Notes under the pieces: generated by a model | Told to the model about the DNA's origin: nothing | Seen by the model: only the letters and a program-made list of their open reading frames with translations | Database searches by the model: none | Part shown: piece after piece, positions 57,506-64,000 of the stretch | Numbering within the stretch: position 1 is the first letter of the stretch | Layout: each line of letters starts with the position of its first letter | Assembly (NCBI RefSeq): GCF_009914755.1 | Contig: NC_060936.1 | Length of the DNA stretch: 64,000 bases | Reading direction: 5' to 3' (one strand) | From: the human T2T-CHM13v2.0 reference genome, Homo sapiens | Translations under genes and position numbers: made by a program

Positions 57506-58734
57506 GAGTATTGGGGGAAAAATGCACAAACCTACCCGTCAGGGTGTTTACAGTATTATTTAAGAAGCCTATGAATGGATGTGATTATAATTATGAAAGA
57601 CAAAATGGACAACTGTGTATATACAGTGAATAAAGACTTTTTCACAAAAGCAGGTGGGGACTTGGAAAGAGGTGTCTGAAGAGCAATAACACGGCACCTT
57701 AGTTACGAAAGACTTGGTGCTTCTATGAGGGACAGGTGTGTTTCATCGGCCTCACCTGGGCCTGGATGGAAGCTTCCCTCAAGACTGACTTCCTTCTTTG
57801 CTGGGTTTCTTGTCCTCACTTCTGCAACTGGCTGCTCAAAGGGAGAGGATGCACCGAGCAAATGAATTAGAGATTCTGCTCCATTTGTCAGCTACATTTC
57901 TCACTTTAAATGAAGAATTTATCGCTCTGTTTAACATAGAAATCTTATACCAAGGTGTTGCTAGATTAAAGGAGCTGTACCCCACAAACCATCCCTAAAT
58001 GAGAGTTCTCTCTTGTAACCCTCAGATTATAATAATTATAAAATGCATCCTTCTGCTCATCAGCCATAATTAATTTTACAACCCAAGTTTCACATCCTAT
58101 TGGTTTTAATGTTATTTCAAAATACAAACCAGTAGCAACTAAAGCATCACATCAACAATGTGCTAAGCAGTATCTCCTAATGCCTGTGCCCCCTCCCTTG
58201 TCAAAGCTGGCTGGATAGGGCTAAAGCTAGACGGAGACCTAAAGGTCTGGGGTGAGGGGTGGGGGCGCTGAGGACAGACTCCATTCAGATGAAGCACTGG
58301 TTTTCCACATTGCAGACCAAAAGACTTTAGAAATGTCAGAGATCACTAGGCAACATAGAATGCCCCAGGCAAACAGACCAAAGGGAGTCTAAACTCTCAC
58401 TTTTCTCCACCCAAGGGGAGGAATATCTACCACCACTGCCTGAGAGCCTTCCTCCAGGAATGTTCCACTAACCATCAGTTTTCCCTGTCTCACCATCTTC
58501 ACAACCCCATGGTTTGCTCTTTAAACCATACTATCACTCAATTGTGAGGCTGTCTTGTGACAAAATAATACACATACAATTCAACCAATACCTGCTGAAC
58601 ATCCACGACATTCCAGGCACTATATGTCACTTAATCATCTCCTGTAATCTGCACAAGTCTGCAGATGGGTTAGTTGTTGTTGTTACAAAATATATATATA
58701 TATTTAATATCATAAATATATACTTAAATTCATT

Positions 58735-58872
58735 TTATTTATTTATTTTAAATAGAGACAGGATCTCCTTTTTGTTGCCCAGGCTGGTCTCAAACTCCTG
58801 AGGCTCAAATGATCCTCCCGTCTTGGCCTTCCAAAATGTTGGGATTACAGGCGTGAGCCACCGCATCTGGCT
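58735..58872 (-). mobile_element. Alu monomer (FLAM-like) within a MIR remnant
   Basis: tagagacaggatctc...ggcgtgagccaccgcatctggc. Confidence 0.88.
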
Positions 58873-59619
58873 ATATTTAAATTTATAAGAGAAAACTAAG
58901 GTCTACGAAAGTGAAATAACACAGGTCAATAGTCACACAGCATATAGGTGGAAGACCAGGACTGGAATTTATGTTTTCAATGTTCTTTACCACTCTACCA
59001 CGATAGAAGAGCACACTCAGGTAAATACCTAGCCAACTAGTGCCCCTGTTACCTCAGACCCAGGCCATTTTCTAAGACACACCTAAGGGTGTGTCTCTCT
59101 GGAAATGCAGGAATGAAACGGTTCTTACCCACAGAGATGGGCATTTATTATTAGCATCATCATTATCATTATCATCATGATCATTTGCCTTACTAAGCAG
59201 GAAAAACACAATTTTGCATAAATTGCTGTGAGTTTTACTTTCTTATTGATTTTTACCTTTTTAGTACTTTTATACTTTATGTCATATTATTCTAAACACT
59301 TATGACAAATATAGTCGATCTATATCCTTTCAAATGCTCACAATTCAAAATACCACTCACATTTTTAACATTTCAGTTTACTTTAGGGGAAAGCGCTTCA
59401 CTGACAAAAGACTGCAGTGTCCCAGAATACCAAACATAACTCTTGCTGAAAAACTCAGAAGTCCTGGAGAACACAGACCACATTTTGTAACCTGTAAAGG
59501 TTCTGGAAGAAGCTGGTGTTTAATAAACACTAAATAATACACCAATTGAACTTAAATTACCATTCAGCATTTTAGGCTAATTTTATAGCTTAGCTGAATG
59601 AATTATATTTTATTTTAAA

Positions 59620-59890
59620 ATTATTATTATTTTTCTGAGACAGCGTCTCAGTCTGTCACCCGGGCTGGAGTGCAGTGGCACAATCTTGGCTCACTGCAGC
59701 CTCGACCTCTCCGGCCCAGGTAATTCTCTCACCTCAACCTCCTGAGGAGCTGGGACTACAGGTGTGCGCCACCACACCAACTAATTTTTTGTAGAGACGG
59801 GGTTTCACCATGTTGCTTAGGTTGTTCTGGAACTCCTGGCCTCAAGTGATCTGCCCACCTAACACAGGTGTTAGCCACTGTGCCCAGTCG
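59620..59890 (-). mobile_element. Alu (AluJ-like)
   Basis: Reverse dimer. Confidence 0.92.
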
Positions 59891-60037
59891 GATTTCATCT
59901 CAATAACAATACAAAGAAAATGATTAAAGCTGCCACTTATAGATTGTGTTTGTAAGATATTGCAGCCTTACTCCCCCACCAACCCCACTTCCAGTGGTAT
60001 ATTTAAAATATCAGTAGTATTACTATTATTATTCTCT

Positions 60038-60330
60038 CTTTTTATTTTTTAGACCAGGTCTTACTCTGTCACCCAGGTTAGAGTGCAGTAGCGTGATCAC
60101 TGCTCACTGTAGCCTCGACCTGCTGGGCTCAAGCAATCCTCCCAGTTCAGCCACCCGAGTACCTGAAACTATGTGTGTGCCACCATGTTTGGCTAATTAA
60201 AAAAAAAAAAATGTAGAGATGAGATCTTACTATGTTGCCCAGGTTGGTCTTGAACTCCTGAACTAAGAGAACCTCCTGCCTCAGCCTCCCAAAGTGCTAG
60301 GATTATAGATGTGAGCCATCGCACCTGGCC
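60038..60330 (-). mobile_element. Alu (AluJ-like)
   Basis: Reverse dimer. Confidence 0.92.
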
Positions 60331-60560
60331 TACTCTAATTTTTTAATAAGAAAAGGAAATCAGAGAGAGAGCAATTTTTCCAAGGTGATATGAAGATTAC
60401 AGATCAATTAACAGCTCTTGGTTTAGTCAGCTCTGCTGTTATTTCTCAACTCTTTGTTTCCCAGAGAAATCTATGTTCATCATTCTTCACATCATCACTG
60501 AAGATAGGAAGGTATTCACGTTCCTGATCCAGGACATGAGAGGGTATTTTGCATTAGTAG

Positions 60561-60796
<236 letters not shown>

Positions 60797-60911
60797 CAAA
60801 CCACATGATTTCTGAGGTTTCTTATAAACTTGACATAACTTCAGGGGGAAAGCGTTTAGTACTATATAATACAATACATGATATATATGTAATTATATCT
60901 ATATTATGTAG

Positions 60912-61295
<384 letters not shown>

Positions 61296-61399
61296 TTATC
61301 AAATGCTACCTATTTGTTATAAAATATATGAACAATATAAAATGTGGTGAACACAAAAATTAGGGTAGATGCTCTACTTCATACAGATTTTTCTCGGTG

Positions 61400-62580
61400 A
61401 CCATGTCAGAGCCAGTTTCTTGCTCCCTTTTCTGAAGAACCATTTATTTCCCTTTCAATTTTGCTTCTAGGTCGGAACCGCCCTGTTTTTACATGACCCC
61501 ACATCCCCAGCCACAGGGAAAGATCAAGGAGAGGGCATGCGAATCAATCTGGGCAATGAGAGTACTTACATTCTTGGTCACAGTAATTGGGGGCAGAAAT
61601 GGACCTGTGGCCCAAGCCAGGTCAATCACAATCCTTTCCTGAGATTTTTACTGACTCAACATGGGGAGGAAGAATTTTCTTCTCAAATGCTGTTAAGATG
61701 TGAGCCTAGAACCTGCCAGCAGTGGCCATGTCTCCACTGGGTGAAGAAAGCAAGTCCACAGTTAAGGAGGAATAAAGCTGAAAGCTAGAAAGAAAAATAG
61801 CAGTGAGTCTTGATGGCATTTAGATCCTTGGTTTTAGAGATGCCTCAGGACAGCTTCACCTATGCCCTTCCTACATTTGGGTACATGACCTAATAAATTC
61901 CCACTTGCTTTTGCTAGCTCAAATAGCATTCCTTTCATTTGTAGCCAAAAATTTCTGATTAGTACAATTAATGTCTAAAGTTGAAAGTGAAATTTTCCCA
62001 ACCACTTCTCAAAATGTACTAATCAGAGTTTAAGGATACTAGTAACAAGAGCCTAGTCTGATCCATCTTGAACAAATAGGGAAAATTATTTGCTTACATA
62101 ACCAAGACTTCAGAGAGGTAAGAGTGGGACCTGGTTCCCTGGGAAGCAGGGCCTCATGACTGGCTCTGTCTCATCTCCACTTATCTCTGCATGTTAGCTT
62201 TGTTATCTCAGACTGGTTCTCTTCCACTGGGAATGAGAAGGGCCACCAGCAGCTCAAGAATCATCTTGGTGACTATAGAGGGAAGAAATCTTGCTCTCCT
62301 TAGAGGAAGTAAATTGGCAGAACCCTCAGAAAGCACTCTGATTAGTCTGGCTTGGGTCACACGCTAATCTCTAGACTAATCACTATGACCAGGAGTTCTC
62401 GGGTGGCACAATTGGCTGACTGCTGCAGCCAGAGGAATAGAATTGAAAGAAAGATGGCCATCCCCATTTGGACCAATTGACAAGAGTAGAAAGAGGAACA
62501 GTTTTTCAGATACAGAGGGCTGCTGTCCGAGAGAAAGGTGTGAAACAAATACCAATAAATGTTCACAATTCCCTTTGTTA
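61400..62580. mobile_element. Ancient LTR remnants (MLT1J/K- or LTR16/33-like; probably two pieces in opposite orientation)
   Basis: catgacctaataaattccc...tgattagtaca end at ~61965; ctctgattagtctggcttgggtcac and ctctagactaatcact in the second piece; boundaries approximate. Confidence 0.5.
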
Positions 62581-62694
62581 ATAGTTTGGTGCATTTCCTT
62601 CCAGACTTTTTTTTTTCAATTGTGAGCAAACTTAGAAATGTAAGAAAATCCCAGTGAATGCTGGATGTATACCAATAATCAAAACAAAGCATGG

Positions 62695-62812
62695 GGCCGG
62701 GCGTAGTGGCTCATGCATGTAATCCTAGCACTTTGGGAGGCTGAGGCAGGCAGATCACTTGAGGTCAGGAGTTTGAGACCAGCCTGGCCAACATGGTGAA
62801 ACCCTGTCTCTA

Positions 62813-62846
<34 letters not shown>

Positions 62847-62918
62847 AGCCAGGCGTGGTGATGCACACCTCTAATCCCAGTTACTTGGGAGACTGTGTCT
62901 CAAAAAAAAAAAAAAAAA
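62695..62918 (+). mobile_element. Alu with most of the right arm deleted and an expanded central A tract
   Basis: ttacttggga|gactgtgtctc junction; TSD aaagcatgg. Confidence 0.92.
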
Positions 62919-62940
62919 GCATGGCTAGAATCCAGACTTC

Positions 62941-63246
62941 TCTCTTTTTTTTTTTTTTTTTTTTTTTGAGACAGGGTCTCACGCTGTCACCCAGGCTGGA
63001 GTGCAGTGGTATGATTACAGCTCACTTGCAGCCTCAACCTCATGGGCTCAAGTGATTCTCCCACCTCAGCCTCCCAAGTAGCTTGGACTATAAATGTGTA
63101 CCACTATGCCTGGCTAATTTTTTTTTCATAGAGACAGGGTCTCCCTATGTTGCCCAGGTTGATCCTGAACTCCTGGGCTCAAGCGATCCTCTCGCCTCGG
63201 CCTCCCAAAGTGTTAGGATTACAGGCATGAACCACTATGCCTGGCC
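62941..63246 (-). mobile_element. Alu (AluJ-like), inverted relative to the preceding Alu
   Basis: T tract plus reverse dimer. Confidence 0.93.
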
Positions 63247-63624
63247 CTTCTCTAATAGGTGGCATTCTACTTTCTTTTAGGACCAAGAGAAAACCAATTC
63301 ACCAAAGAAAGCTGGAGGTACAGGTATATCCTGGGGGATTAGGGTTGAATTCCATGCCTAACTTTTGGCAGAGAACGTGATTCTGAAAAGATGTTACAAA
63401 GATTTCCTTCAGATAAAATTCCGAGATGCCTCTGTCACATCCCATAAGATATGTTCCCAGCAGTTCTGAGGATACAGCATATTCTCAATGAATAGATGAT
63501 TATTTGCCTTGGAATCTGAAATAGGTACGCGTTTTCATTAGGTTTTTGCTGTTCACTAGGGATTTTTATATTTTAAAAATAAAAATATATACCTAAAAAG
63601 ATTTTTATATTTGAAAAGAAATTA

Positions 63625-64000
<376 letters not shown>

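Overview
Primate (human-like) genomic DNA, CpG-depleted, with no CpG island and no recognisable protein-coding exon. It looks intergenic or deep-intronic and is dominated by transposable elements. Main structures: (1) a full-length, decayed L1PB-type LINE-1 (~2238-15574, +) split within ORF2 by a nearly complete HERV-L provirus (6366-13069; two MLT2A-type LTRs, tRNA-Leu PBS, gag-pro-RT-RNaseH-IN-dUTPase, no env); (2) a THE1 (MaLR) provirus on the minus strand (38831-40957) with a 334-codon open internal ORF, back-to-back with an LTR12/ERV9 solo LTR rich in CCAAT boxes (41040-41877); (3) a 1.4-kb near-pure C/T VNTR (63-bp unit, 472-bp higher-order repeat) that appears to have grown from an Alu tail; (4) a short L1 3' end carrying ~290 bp of extra sequence inside a perfect 15-bp TSD (likely 3' transduction, 49637-50085); (5) a 5'-truncated L1PA-type LINE (51181-54083) containing an Alu and a solo MLT2 LTR; and about 30 Alus plus older MIR, L2, MLT1 and DNA-transposon remnants. 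I found no convincing new biological system. The findings are retrotransposition and recombination fossils plus testable LTR-promoter hypotheses. Subfamily names are by-eye assignments, not RepeatMasker output.
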